Origin: Cyanophora paradoxa CCMP329
Lineage: Eukaryota; Plantae; Glaucophyta
Direction of reading: 5' to 3'
Length of the DNA: 64,000 bases
Assembly: GCA_004431415.1 (NCBI GenBank)
Contig: QPMI01000577.1
Span: 44,985 to 108,984, forward strand
Part shown: one piece after another, positions 1 through 12,479 of the stretch
Layout of the letters: each line of letters starts with the position of its first letter
How positions within the stretch are numbered: position 1 is the first letter of the stretch
The notes under the pieces: model-generated
Seen by the model: the letters and a program-made list of their open reading frames with translations, nothing else
Told to the model about the DNA's origin: nothing
The model's database searches: none
Position numbers and translations under genes: made by a program

Positions 1-1118
1 CCTGCGGGGCCGCGGCTCGAACGGGGGGCGGGATGGGCGGGGGGTACGGCGTCTCACCGCTCGGCCAGCATGGCGGCGATGGAGGGGGGTAGGATGAAGC
101 GGTTGCTGAGGTAGGAGGAGACGGCGCTGTACTGGGGATCCTCTGCAGGGGTACGCAGTCAGCAGGTGCCTGCAGGCGGGACGAGGGCAAGGGGCATGCA
201 CCGGAGGGGACCGGGGCGGGGGATACGGGGAGGCCGAGCGGGGGTACGCGTTCGATGTAGCGGTGCCGGACCTGACGTACGCCGTCGGAAAAGGGGGGGA
301 GAGAAAGGGGCGGAGGGGTACCAGCTCGACGAAGCAGTCACGCAGCGCCTCGCGCTCGTCTCCGGGCTCTGCGGCGGCGCGCGTGGGCGGCGGCCGCCGG
401 CGCGGCGCGCGGCGCGTGCAGAGGGGCACCGAGCGGCTCGTCGAGAGTGAGGAGGCTCTGCGTCAGGGCGCGCTCCGCCTGTTGGCGCGGGCGGGCGGGC
501 GGTCAGCTGGCGGGCGGGCGGACGAAGCGGAGCGCAGGCGGCCGAGGCGACGCGGGGCGGGGCGGGGCGGGACGGAGGCGCCTGTTGGGTGAGCTGGTCG
601 ACTCCGAGCCTTCCGTGCTGCACGAGCTCGTCTATGATCGCCTCGGACTGCGCGGCGCGTCGGCGGGCGCGGCCGGCGATCGCGGCGCGCGGGGCGGCGC
701 ACCCGCTGCCCGAAGCGCAGCTTCACGTGGGCCGCGAAGCGCGGGAAGCGGAGCCTGTGCAGAATGTTGTCCGCCGCGATATGGTACTGGTAGACCGGCG
801 CTGGCGCGGGCGCGCCGGGCTTCACGGCGGCGGCGGCATCGCCGTCGATCACCGCGGAGGCGATGCTGTGTTGGAGCAGGATGAGCAGGCTGTTTCGCGT
901 CTGCGTGTACTGGAGACCGCTGTAGCGCATCACGTCCTGCAGGCTGAGCTTGCCCCGGTGCAGCAGGACCGCCGCGACCTTCTGCTCGACCGCGGAGCGC
1001 GGGCGGGCATCAGGCGGCCCCCGGGTCGGTTCCGCGCGAGGCGGCGCACCTCCACGATGTCCCCGAAGAAGTCTTTGACGATGTCCTGCGCGAGCTTCGC
1101 CTCGTACAGAGAGCCCAT
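1..1118 (-). CDS. POLR3C: RNA polymerase III subunit RPC3 (multi-exon, continues beyond window start)
   Basis: Spliced translation MGSLYEAKLAQDIVKDFFGDIVE/KVAAVLLHRGKLSLQDVMRYSGLQYTQTRNSLLILLQHSI...NILHRLRFPRFAAHVKLRFG/SEAIIDELVQHGRL matches the RPC3/RPC62 N-terminal pattern; short introns. Confidence 0.8.
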
Positions 1119-1296
1119 CGCGTCGATGCTTGGGAGGCCCGAAAGTGCACTACGACCAGCCCGGGGGCCTCACGGGGCTGCGCCCAAGCGCATTCTCTCG
1201 CGCGGTTCGGCGGACTCGGTTGCACCTCTAGACTCGGCGGTTCGGCTCCCGGCGGTACAGTTTCTGTCGAGTGGATCAGAGGCGCCCGGGCGACCC

Positions 1297-3813
1297 ATGG
1301 CGTTCCTCTCGGCGCCGCCTTGGATTCGGAGCGATGGCGTCGATCTGAAGAACCGCCTCGATCCATCCGGACATCAATCCGCGGTTGCGAGGTCGGCACG
1401 GCAGACGCCGCGGCCGCGGCCGGCTTTCAGATCGCGTAGAGACGCCAACGCTCGACTCGGCAGCGCACGATCATTTGCCGTTCAGGCCGTCGTCGCCAAT
1501 TGCAACAGCCGCTCGAAAAATTCGGAGCCGCCCGCCGGCGCCGGCGCGGCGCAGCGCAATTCGCCTGTGTACATTGGCGTCACATCAGAGCTCAGAAAAG
1601 GCGGCGATCGGCCCAGCAAGACGCCGCCGCGCGACGCGGGAAATCAAGATGATCATGACGTCGACGCCGACTTCGACGCGTACGGGGAAATTGCATCGCG
1701 CACGGCGACCCTGGGAATCGTGGCCGCAGTCATTGCGGCCGGGTTTGTGATATCCTACGCTATCGTCCTGGCTATCAGTTTCATCCCGATCGCGACGAGC
1801 ACGAGCGCGCGATCGGCGCAAGCGGGCTTCGACTTTTCGGCCTCCTCGCGATCGCTGGCGCCAGCGCCGGAGGCTCCTTTCGCGATCGCGGATTCGGGGC
1901 AGAAGCTGGATCCGGAGGCCCTGCAGCAGCCTTTTCGCCTGGGTGCCGGCGAGACGCCGAGCCCGGCCGAGCACTGACGCGTGTGCAACCGCCCGAGCAG
2001 GTGACCCCGGCCCGGCGCCGGCTGTCCCGCCAGATCTCAGCGCTACCGCCGCGGCGCCCAGGTCGCACGTGTGCAACGCCGACTCGCTCCTCTCCTCCGC
2101 CGCGGCGGACCGGCTCGACGAGATCGCCGGCGCGCTCGAGCGGGACCGCGGCTTCCAGGTGCGAGTTAAAATTACAAATACGATTTTCCCTCCCGGCCCG
2201 GCGGCCCGGACCCTCTGGAGCTGTACATGTACCCCGCGCCGCGCCTCAGATCGGGTACGCCGTCGCGGAGTCCATCAACCCCCCGGGGGGGGAGAAGGCG
2301 ACGGCGGAGGAGGCCAAGCGGGCCGCGAAGCGCCTCCACGACCGGTGCTTGCAATTCCTTTAATGTGGATTGAAGGCTTAAGCTTGAAAGCTTAATTAAG
2401 CCGCTGTCACGTATTGATTTTGGACGTCCTGGCGGGGCGGGGCGCGGCCAGGTGGGGCGTGGGGCACAGAGGCCAGGGCGATGGCGTGGTGGTGTTGCTG
2501 AGCGCACAGGACCGGCGCGCCTACATCTCCACCGGTGTGGCCCCCCTACCCCTCCCCCTCTAGATCTCCCCCCGGCCGGCCGGCCACCCCACTCGTTCTC
2601 GCTCTCCTGCCCCTTGTCCCCCTCCTCTTCCTCCCATTTCCTCCTCAAGCCCCTGATATCGATGGCCCCTCCCAAGGCCTAGGCCTCCCTTCCATTGAGA
2701 TCGGAATCGGATCCCGCCATAGAGATTTCACCCGTCGCCCCCTTTTCAATTGCTTTACTCCCTGCCTGACCGGACCTATCCGAGCAAATTTTGTTCTTTT
2801 CAATGGCTCTCGCCCCAAGATAATATAAGATCCCGCCCCGAAATCTCGCCCGATCACTAATATTCGATCCCACGCCGCTCTGTTCCAATCGCGATTGCGC
2901 GCGCTCTAAATTTGCGCAGGCGCGAGGGCGCGTCGGCTGCTGCGGGACGGCGACTGCCGCGCGATTGCCTCGGCTGCGCTGCCCCTCGTCCGCTCCGGTG
3001 ACTACGACGCCGCCGCCGTCGAGATGGGTGCGACCCTGCAGCTGCGCCGTCTGCTTAAGTTTCATTCGTCTTCAGATTTTCCAACTATAGCTCCGGAGTC
3101 CTGTCGTACAATGCGACTTGTTAAACTTTATGCATATGAGCCGGCGCCAGCTTTTAATTCGAATTCAAAGATGAGATCTAGACCTCGTTCAGCGGTTCTA
3201 GATACGCGCCCGTGCAGGAGGCGCCGGTGGCGGCTCGAGCTTCACCGGGCCCGGGCCGCCTCGGGCCTAGGCCTGACCAACATTTGATTTCGCCCGGCGT
3301 CGGCGTCGCAGCCGAGGGCGTCGCGGAGAGGCTCTCCGCCGGCGCCGGCTCCCGACCATCCCCGAAGGTGTTAGCGCCCGCTTTCGTCGTCATGGGCGCT
3401 GGATACGCCCTGGTGGTCCCCTGGCAGCGGTTCCTCGCGCTGCGCGAGACGCGCGCGAGGCGGCGCCAGCGCAGGCGGGCCGCGCGGGCCCTGCTCGGGC
3501 TCCACGCGCTGAGGCGCCACCCGGGCTACGGGGGCGGCTTCTGCGCCCTCTGCTTCGAATTCGATTCCGACCGGTCCGCTGCGGCTGCGGGCGCCGAGGG
3601 CCCAGGTCTCTCGACCCTTCCGTGCGGGCACCAGTTTCATCCGCGCTGCCTCGCGGAGGGCGGCGCCGGCTACAGATGCCCCGTCTGCGGCGCCTGGAAC
3701 TTAGAACAAGGCCGCCCGCTTGAGGAGCGCAATCTGAGGCGCAAGTACAAAGCCAGGGCAAGACGGGCCGACGACGAGTACGTCGCGGCGTCCCTTGCTC
3801 GAATCCAGGTCCG

Positions 3814-3846
<33 letters not shown>

Positions 3847-4236
3847 CTTCCTAGAACCCCACGCGCCTCGTCGTCGTCGATATACATCGACCGCGAATGT
3901 CGATTCGAGGGCGGCAGAAGCGGAACAGGCTCGCGGTGGGGCCCCGCACGGTGGACTCGTTCTGGAGTGCGAACAAGGGGGGCTACTACGTATACGACCC
4001 GTGGGACACCTTCCTCCTCGACGGCGAGCGCCCCGCCCCCGCGGCCATGGCCAGTGATTCATACGACGCCTCCGGTACCGGTGATCGATGCCGCGCGCGG
4101 CGCTTGCATTGCCGACTCCGACGCAGATTGGAACGGATACGAAGGCTCCAGCTCGAGCTCGTACGGGGCCTACGAATGGGGCGGCTTCGACGGCGGGAGC
4201 AGCGACGGCGGGGGCGGCGGGGGGGACGGCGATTAG
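1297..4236 (+). CDS. TPM (DUF477-like) domain membrane protein with RING-H2-like finger and Gly-rich tail, multi-exon
   Basis: N-terminal hydrophobic helix (LGIVAAVIAAGFVISYAIVLAI); TPM-like exons (VCNADSLLS..DRLDE; LHDR/WGVG...GVVVLLSAQDRRAYISTG); second TM; CALC...LPCGHQFHPRC...CPVC; C-terminal GGFDGGSSDGGGGGGDGD*. Exon boundaries approximate. Confidence 0.65.
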
Positions 4237-4646
4237 CCATGGACGGCGACGCTTCCCTTGTCGCAGTGCTAGTCTTCGAAATTCGATACTAGCTTTTCGC
4301 GAGGCTTCGGCTTAGTATATGTGCACGAGCTTGAACCGTGAAGTCGGACAGCCTCTAGTCGCATGTGCGTACCCCTCGCAAGCAAGCGGTACCCCTCGCG
4401 AGCTCGCAGCAGCACTCGAGATTTACGACTCTCTACTCTCCCGCGAGCGATCCGTTGAAGCGCTCGCCCCGCCGCACGCAGCGGGCGGCCGCGGGCACCG
4501 CCGCTCAGCCGAACTCGTCGTCGTCGCCGCCGTGCGAGGGCGCGCGGCCCCGCGGCGAGGTCGACCGCTGCCCGCCCGCCGGCACCGCCAGCCTGCGCCC
4601 GGCCCCGGCCTCAGAACAGAATCGAACTTCAAAATATGTTAAGATG

Positions 4647-4682
<36 letters not shown>

Positions 4683-4862
4683 TTAGAAGCGATGCGGCGC
4701 ACTGCTTCTGGAAGGAACGGCGGGAGGAGGTGGAGGCGGCGGCGGCGAGCTCGCCCTCCAGCTCGTCGTCGTCCTCCAACTCCACCAGCGACTTGCCCCG
4801 CAGGATCTAAGGCAGAGGAGAATAAGAACAAGGAAAAGAATAAGATCCAAGGATCTAAGTAT

Positions 4863-5000
4863 CTAGCAGAGGCAGCTCAGCTGAGGCACGCCTAGGGGGA
4901 GGGGGGGGGGGTACCTGGGCGGCGACGGAGGACATGCCGCCACTGGAGCGCATGGAGGCCGAGGCGAGGGGCCCGGCCGCGGCGGAGGCCGGGCGGCCTC

Positions 5001-5031
<31 letters not shown>

Positions 5032-8000
5032 GGGGGCCGGGCCCGTCTGAGAGGACCAGGAGGCGCCCCCGATGGAGTAGCGGTGGCCCCGAGGCCGGGC
5101 CGGCCGGCCCCCGGCCCGTCCTCGTCCGACTCCCCGCTCGACTCGTCCGCGAAGGCCGGCGCCGAGGCCCGCCGCGGCCCGCTCGCCCCCCCGAACGACG
5201 AGGCGGCCAGGCGGGCGGGGCCCGGGGCCGGGGCCGGGGACGCCGCTTGGGCGCGCGCGGCCGGCTGGGACGCCGCCGCCGATGCGTGAGACTGCGGCTG
5301 CGACTGCGGCTGCGGCTGCGGCTGCGGCGCCTGCGCGCGCTCCAGGGCGCAGTCCTCCAGGTACGCCGCGATCTGGGGTTCGGTTTCAGACCGGGACACT
5401 TTACATCTAGAAGGGGGTACGCGCCTTGGAGAGGGCGGCGCGCTTGTCGGCGATGCGGTCTGGCACGACGGCTGCGGCGAGGCGGGGGAGGGAGGCCTGG
5501 CGGGGCGGGGAGGCGGCGGCTCAGGTGAGCCGCTCCACGGAGGGAGCGGGGCGGCTCACCTGAGGGGCGAGGGCGCCGCGGGCCGCGAGGGCGTTGCAGA
5601 GGTCGATCGCCCGCAGGAGGAGCGCTGCGGGGGCCGTTCGCGGGCGACCGGGCGGGGCGGGGCGGGAGGGGTACGCCGATCGCGAACCGGCGGCGGTGGG
5701 GTTCGCGGAGCGCGTGAAGTCGGCGAGCGTCGCGGTCCCGGGCGGCTGCGGCGGCGAAGTAAGCCCAGGGCGGGCCGGGCTCCACGGGGCCCCGAGGGGC
5801 GGACCTGCGCCAGGAGCCGCCGCTGCACGAACTCGGGAGAGAGTACCCCTGCGGGTTGCCTGGTCAGCGAGGGGGTGGGGGTGGGGGAGCGGGGAGGGGT
5901 ACGGCGGCACCGTCGGGGAAGGAGCGGAGGCAGTCGAGGAAGGCGTCGGCGCAGGCTTCGATCGCGAAGCCGTCGGCCCGGCCCTCCGCCGCCGCCCGCC
6001 TGCGGCCGCTTAGAGGGGGTACGGCGAGGGGGGCAGGGAGCGGCCCGGGTACCGGATCATCTCGTCGCGCATGCGGGCGTTGGCGTGGCCGGAGAGGAGC
6101 CGCCCCTCGCCGCCCCGGGCCGCCCGCTCGACGTGGGCGGCCAGCGCCTGCGCCGCCCGCACGAGCTCCGCCGGGGCCAGCCCCTGCGCCGTCGCGCTGA
6201 CCAGCGGGCCCCCGGGCGCCGCCGCCTGCCCCTGCTGCTGCCCCTGCCCCTGCTGCTGCTGGTGCTGATGGTGGTGGTGCGCGGGGGGCCGGGCCGCGGC
6301 GGGCCCCATCGGAAGGCCCGAGGGCGAGAGCATGCCCGTGCTCGATGCCATCGACCTGCCCAGCCCAACGTCGGCCCCCGGGGTACCGTCAAGGTAGGGG
6401 GGGTACGCGCACCGCTCGGAGGTCGGGTCCTCGTCGGGGCTGGGCGCGAGGAGGGGGCTCAGGGGGCGGCCGGCGCGGGCGGCGGGCGGATCCGCACCTG
6501 TCGCTGGCGTGCCCGCCCGCGCCGCCGCCGCCCGTCTCTGCCGCCGGCGGGCTCCCCCCGAGGGGGCTGCCCCCCTGCGGGCTTGAGCCCATGCCCCCCT
6601 CCCCGACGCCGGCGTCGGACCCGCGGGGGGTACCGGGGTCCGTCGGACCCTTCTTCTTCCCCTTCTGCGGGGCGCGTCGCCCGTCAGCGGGCGCCCCCCC
6701 AGCGCGAAGGCCCTGTACCCCCCGCACCTTCCAGAACTTCCAGGAGACTTTCTTGGTACCCTTCCGGTCCTCGCTCGAGTCGTGCGTCGCGTGCAGCGTC
6801 GACGTCGACGCCTGCGGGGCGGGTCGGGAGGGGCGGGGGAGAAAGGCTGGGGGTACGCGTTTTCGGACCTGGTGGGAGCCCGGACCGGTGGACATGCGCC
6901 GGGCCTGCTCCGCGGCGGCCGCGGCGGCCGCCTCCGCCGCGCGGCGGCGCTGCTCCTGCTCGGCGGCCCGCCGGCGCTCCTCCTGCGGGATCGTGAGGAC
7001 CCGGCGCCCGGCCCGGCCCCCGAGCGGGCCGGGACGCGGACCTCGACGCGCTGGGCGGCGAGCTGCCGCTCGTGCTCGACCTGCCGCGCCGCCGCCCGCT
7101 GCGCCTCCCGCTCCGCCTCCAGCTGCCGCCCCCGTCAGCCGGGCCGCGCGGGCCGGCCGGGCGGGCGGGCGGGGCGGGCGGGCCTGGGCCTGGAGCTTCC
7201 GCTGGCGCTCCTGGAGGAGCGCGAGCTGCTGCGCCTGCGCCTGCCGCAGCCGCTCCGCCTCCGCCTCCACCTTCTCCCGCCGCCGCCGCTCCCCCTCCGC
7301 CTCCGCCGCCGCCGCTGCCGCCGCCGCCTCCGCCTCCCGCCGCCTGCGCTCCGCCTCGTCCGCCTCCTGCCGCGCCCGCCGGTCCCGCTCTGCCCCCCGC
7401 CGCCCCCGTCAGACAGGCCGGGCCGCCCGCGGCGGCGCCGGGCGCGCACCCTCGGCGCGCTCGGCGTGGCCCTCTGCGACGAACTCCTCCACGCGGAGCT
7501 CCGGCGGGGGCCGCCGCCGCGCGTCCGGCGACGGCACCGACCCCGCGCGCTGCCGCCCCGTCGGGCCGCGCGGGGGGGCAGGAAGGGAGGGAGCTGCCGG
7601 GTACGGCACCTGCTCGCCCCGGGGCTCCCCGGCGCACCCCGCCGCGCCTCCATCTGCTGCGCGCTCAGAGGCGGCGGGCGCGGCGAAAGGGCGCGCGGCG
7701 CGCCTCCTGCCGGATCCGCGCCTCGCGCTCCGCCCGCTCCTTCAGTTCCCGCCGCACTTTCGCCTCCCGCTCCTCGCTCTCCCGCAGCTGCCGGCCCCGG
7801 CGCGGGCCCCCGCTCAGGCACCGGCCCGTCGGGGGCGCGGAAGCCGGGCGCCGGCACCCGCTTCAACAGCGCCTGGTGCTCCCGTTCCTTCTGCAGCAGC
7901 TCCGCCCGCTTCGCCGCGATCGCGCCCTCCACCTGCCCCCCGTCCCGTCGGCGGCGCGCCCGCCCGCCCGCGCGCCCGAATCGCGCACCCGGTCGCGCTC

Positions 8001-9805
8001 GGCGTCGACGAGGTCGCCGGCCCTGCGCCGCTCCTCCGCCGCCCGCGCCGTCTGCAGGCTGGGGCCCGGCACGCCCGGCGAGCCCACGCCGCCACGCCCG
8101 CCCGCCCCCGCCGCGCTCTCGTCGGGGTCCGTCTGCGGGGCCGTGGGCACGCGGGAGGGCCCATCCGAGGGGCGCCGGCGCGCACGACGGACGGCTCGTC
8201 GGCCCTGTACGAGTCGCCGAGCTCGGCGCGGGCGGCGGCGAGGTCCCGCGCCAGCGAGTCCCGCGCCGACGGCGACGCCGCCTGCCGCGCCACCGCCGCG
8301 TCCGCCTCCTGCCGCCCGCCCGCCCCCGTCGACCCCGGCGGAAGCGGCCCCGCGGGGCTTCGAACCCGGAGGACGGCCTCCGCGGTCTGCAGGAGCTCCG
8401 CCTGCCGGCGCCGCGCGGCCGCGTCCGCCTCGCCCCGCCGCTCGTGCTCCTCGCGCGTCCGCCCCATCAGCGCCTTCAGGTCCTCCTGTATCCGGCCTGC
8501 CGCGCCCCGGGGCGGGGCGCGCGTCAGGCCTCGCGGGAGGGGCCCGCGGGGATTCGAACCCATGCGCTCGCGGTGGTGCTCATGGGCCTCCTTGAGCGCC
8601 TTCTCCGCCGCGGCGCGCATCTCTTCCCGCGCCGCGTCCCCCAGCGCCCGCTCCATCTCCTTCGCTGCGCCACCGTCGGCGGGGCGGGCGGGGCGAGGGG
8701 AAAGGATCCGCTGACGAACCATCCTCGTCGAGCCGCCTGCGCTCGACCTCGCGCGCGATGGCTTCTCGCCGCTCCGCCTCCTGCACCGCCTGTAGCTGCT
8801 GCTTCTGCGGCGGGCATTGGCGGCTGCCAGAAGATACGCTGGGGCCGGGCCGGGCACCCGCTTTGCGATGGTCTCGGCCAGGACGCGTTCCTTCTCGAAA
8901 GTAACGCTCGCTAGTCGCCTCCGCGCTTCTGCCCGCGCCGCCTCCGTCTCGTACTCGTGCACCTGTCGGATCTGCGCCGCCTTCTCTCTTAGCTACGATA
9001 GCACGGAGGCCGCGGCGGGCGCAGGCCTTGTGCCGCTCGACCTCCTCGCGCCACTGCGGCCACCAGCTCTTCATCCGCGCGAAGTAGTCCGCCTGCGTGG
9101 TCCGCTTGTCAGCAGCGATCGAGCGATTGGCAGCTTTGCTGGCGGGTGCAAGCCTTGAAGTGCTCGACGGAGGATCTTTGAAGCTTCAGCTGCGTATCCT
9201 TCGACATCTGCGCGCAACAGGCGTGATGCGGTGCAGGGCGCGGCCTGCAGTGGTGCTCGAAGCGTGGCGCACCGCCTGCAGCGAGTTTGTGATGTCGTCC
9301 AGCTTGCCGCGCATGCTCTCGTTGCGAGCCTTGGCGATTCCAGACATCTCCTCCAGCGAGCGCATCAGCTGCTGCACGCTCAGCTGTGTGCGGCTTGAGC
9401 GGCTGTGCGGCAAGAACCTGGCCGAGCGTGTCAACGCGGGCAACGCTTATGCGGCCCTCCAGCTCCAGCTTCCTGCGTATCTCGAACTCCAGCTGCTCTC
9501 TGCGCTGCCGCCTGCGCAGAGGCGTGGGTGTGGGTCCGTTCAAGTGCGCATCGGGCGCACAGCTCAAGCCGGCGCCGCTCCAGCGGGTCTGTCTGGTCCA
9601 GAAAGGTCTCCAGCGAAGCCATCCCGGCCCGCACGCTCCTCCGCTGAGGGTCGTTCGAATTTCCAGGCCGGCCAGTTGCAACGGAGGGAGGGTACCGCGA
9701 CGGCAACCCGCTGTGAGCGATGCATCTGGCGCGGGGGCACACAGCGAAGCGCTTGAAGACATTTGCGCTGTCTTCAAGTGCTTTTGCGCTGCCAGCGTAC
9801 TCCAA
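4863..9805 (-). CDS. Large multi-exon coiled-coil/low-complexity hypothetical protein (may be more than one gene)
   Basis: Series of E/R/A/Q-rich helical exon fragments (AKEMERALGDAAREEMRAAAEKALKE; IQEDLKALMGRTREEHERR; EAEAERLRQAQAQQLALLQERQRKLQ) separated by short GC-rich introns. Confidence 0.45.
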
Positions 9806-11661
9806 TGACTACACCGACGCGAGCGCTTCGGAAGTTTACCTATCCGACCTGCCCGACGCCGTCCTCGGCCACATTTTTCAGAAAGCGTCTCTGCCATACG
9901 CCTGGCCGCTTCGCGGAGTGTGCAGGTCCGTCGCCGGGCCTCTCGCCGATGCGCGCGTTGATCATGGCCCGCGCCGACTCACGCGCGCGCCGCCGCGCAG
10001 GCGTTGGAGGAGCCTGATTGAGAGCACAGCCTGGGAGGAAGTGGAGCTTCGGTCCAACTGCCCTCCTCCCGGCCATTTCGATCAGCTGGCGTCGCTCGTT
10101 CGGGCCGGGCAGATCAAGCTCGCCAGCCGCGCGTGTGCACGACTGCGCGTTGGAATGTGCCACGTGAACTACTTGAACTACATCGTCGTCGCTTCAGCGT
10201 GCGGCGTGCTGGCGGCCTGCAGCAAGGACGGCCGCCTGGCGGAGGCGGACGTGAGCTTTGGTATCCCCGAGATGTACGAGGGATTAGCTTATGAGAACGG
10301 CGGCATCCTTCATGCCTTCATGATCGGCACGCTCTCAGCACTTCGGCCGCAGCACCCAACGCGCAGCTCGCTCGAGAAGCTCTCCATCAGCGTCGCTCCT
10401 GACGACAAAGATTTCGTCGACGTCGACCTGGGCACGAGCACGCCGCCGTCAGCCGAGAATCTGCAAGCGGCTCTGGAGCCGTTGGGCAGCATTCGCTCCC
10501 TGAAGATCATGCCGAACGCGTTTCGCGTAGACAGCGCAGCGGCGGCGGCCATCGCCAGCAGCCTCCCGAAGCTCCAGTCCATCTACTTCCAGCCAGCAGA
10601 CTGCGGGGCGATGGCCGCTCTCGCGCGCCTGTCGTCTCTGAGCGACGTGCTCATCCGGTGGTCTGATTTCGGAGATGAAGTGGCGCCTTGGGAGATCAGC
10701 GACGCCCTGTCTGCCCTGGCCGAGGGTCCCGCCGGCAAGTCGCTTCAGTCGCTTGTCCTGGACGACTCGTCTTTCTGGTGCGCAGTCGCATTCTCGGTCC
10801 TCGTTCATTTTTCTTTCAATTGATCCCCCCCCCCCCCCCCCCCCCAGGAACCAATTCCCCATCAACAGCGCGGCGTTGCGCAGCATCGCGCGTTTCCCGC
10901 TCCTAAAAAAGATGGCTCTACCGGTTTGCCAGCTTTCTTTCGTTTCCGCTGCGGCCTTAAGCTTTCGCCCACTGAAACCGGATCGCGAACCGCAGCTGAG
11001 CCACCCCGACCTGCTCCCCGCCGACCTGGCTGCCTTCCGCTCGCCGAGCCTGCGGGCGGTGGTGGCGCGGATCGAGAGGCCGGGGTTCACTTCTGAGCGG
11101 CTCCGGGCGCTCGAGGCGGCCCTCGCCGGCTGCCCGGATCTGGAGTGGCTGGATCTGGATCTCTGCATTCCAGGTACCGTCCACTCATTTGTTGATCGCT
11201 TGTTCGACTTTGAGCGTCTCCCAGATGCCGGCGCCGCCGACGCGAGGGAGGCTCTTGCAAGCCTCTTCCGTGCATGCGCGCCGTCGCTCTGCGAGCTGTC
11301 GCTCGAGCTCGGCCGCTTCCTGCAAGCGGGGGAGATCCAAGCGCTCGCGGAGTGCACCAGGCTCGAGCTTCTGCTCATGCGCTGCTCCGTGCGCTCGATC
11401 GCGGAGATCGGACCCCTTCAGGTGCGCCGCGCGCGCCTGCAGCTGCAGCCCCATCCGTATGGCCCTGACCCCCCCGGAAGCGCCTGGGATCGTACCCCGG
11501 CATGCTCGCGATCCGGTCCACGGCGATCGACATCCAGGTCGAGGGCCAGGAGGCAGGGTACGAGGCGATCGTCGGGCGGCTGGTGCAGGACGCGTGGCCG
11601 GCCGCCGAGGTCAACGCCTGGTTCGCGGCGGCGCCGGCGTGAGCGCCAGCGCTGGCCGTAG
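9720..11661 (+). CDS. F-box protein with LRR-like C-terminal region, multi-exon; start uncertain
   Basis: LSDLPDAVLGHIF...LRGVCR/RWRSL F-box signature followed by LxxLxL repeats (LEKLSIS, IRSLKI, LQSLVL, LEWLDLDL). Confidence 0.7.
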
Positions 11662-12479
11662 CCTGGAGCCGTATGCCATGATTTATCATAGTATTACGAC
11701 TATGAAGAGATGTATGAGGCCTCAAGGTTTAGGCTCCGGGTATTATGCATGTGCCATGGTCATGATTCATGTTGGTCATTTAATTGTAATTTCCGCCTCT
11801 TCGTCTTGTTGTTCCTCTTACCTGTCCGCTTCCTGTGATCTATCTCTCTTACTGCTGTCGTCCTTCGTCAGTTTCGTCTCCGCAAACTAGTGATGTGGTC
11901 GTCAGTTTCGTCTCTGCAAACTAGTGATATCATAGTATGGTCGCTCTGCAAACTAGTGACGTTGGTGTTAGCCCTAGCTCTTTTTTGTGTCTGTCATCCT
12001 CTAGATCTGCTCGGTTTCAATCTTTCTCGCGATCCGATGATCGCCTGACCGTCGGACTCTGTGTCTTTTGTTGTCGGTTTTGGCTCTTCGTCTTGCTTCT
12101 GTTGTCCCTGCGCCCCCTGGGCAGTTGTCCCAGTGCTGGTGTATATGGCTATATATGGCCTGGAGAAATCATTGAATCGAACATTTGCAAATGGAATTCG
12201 AAGCTTCGTGTTTACATGTACAGGAAGCTTAAGCTCAAGCTTTCATTTGGATCCGGAATCGAAGCGCGCGACATAATGTCATCAATTAGAATTTACAGGT
12301 CCTGTCGACTGTACATGTCGTGAGCCGCGAGCAGTTGGAACCGAACGCGTCCGACCGTCGGACGGTCCGCACTGCAGCTTCGTCCGCATATGTGCACGGT
12401 TATCGAAGCGTCTAACTCACGGAGCGCACCTGCAGCCCAGGGTTCCCGCGGGCCGTTAAGAATAGGTGGCAAAAATAAT

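Noticed and set aside
4648-4680. (GA)n tract and poly-C/poly-G runs (also 3812-3845, 10823-10845, 63140-63420)
   Set aside because: Ordinary simple repeats; lengths unreliable
5875-8914. Long plus-strand ORFs (373-789 aa) rich in R/P/A/G
   Set aside because: Shadow ORFs of very GC-rich DNA; coherent exons and splice signals are on the minus strand
9097-9756. Plus-strand 219-aa ORF with faint BACK-like wording
   Set aside because: Minus-strand exons with branch-point and acceptor signals explain the region better; not fully excluded
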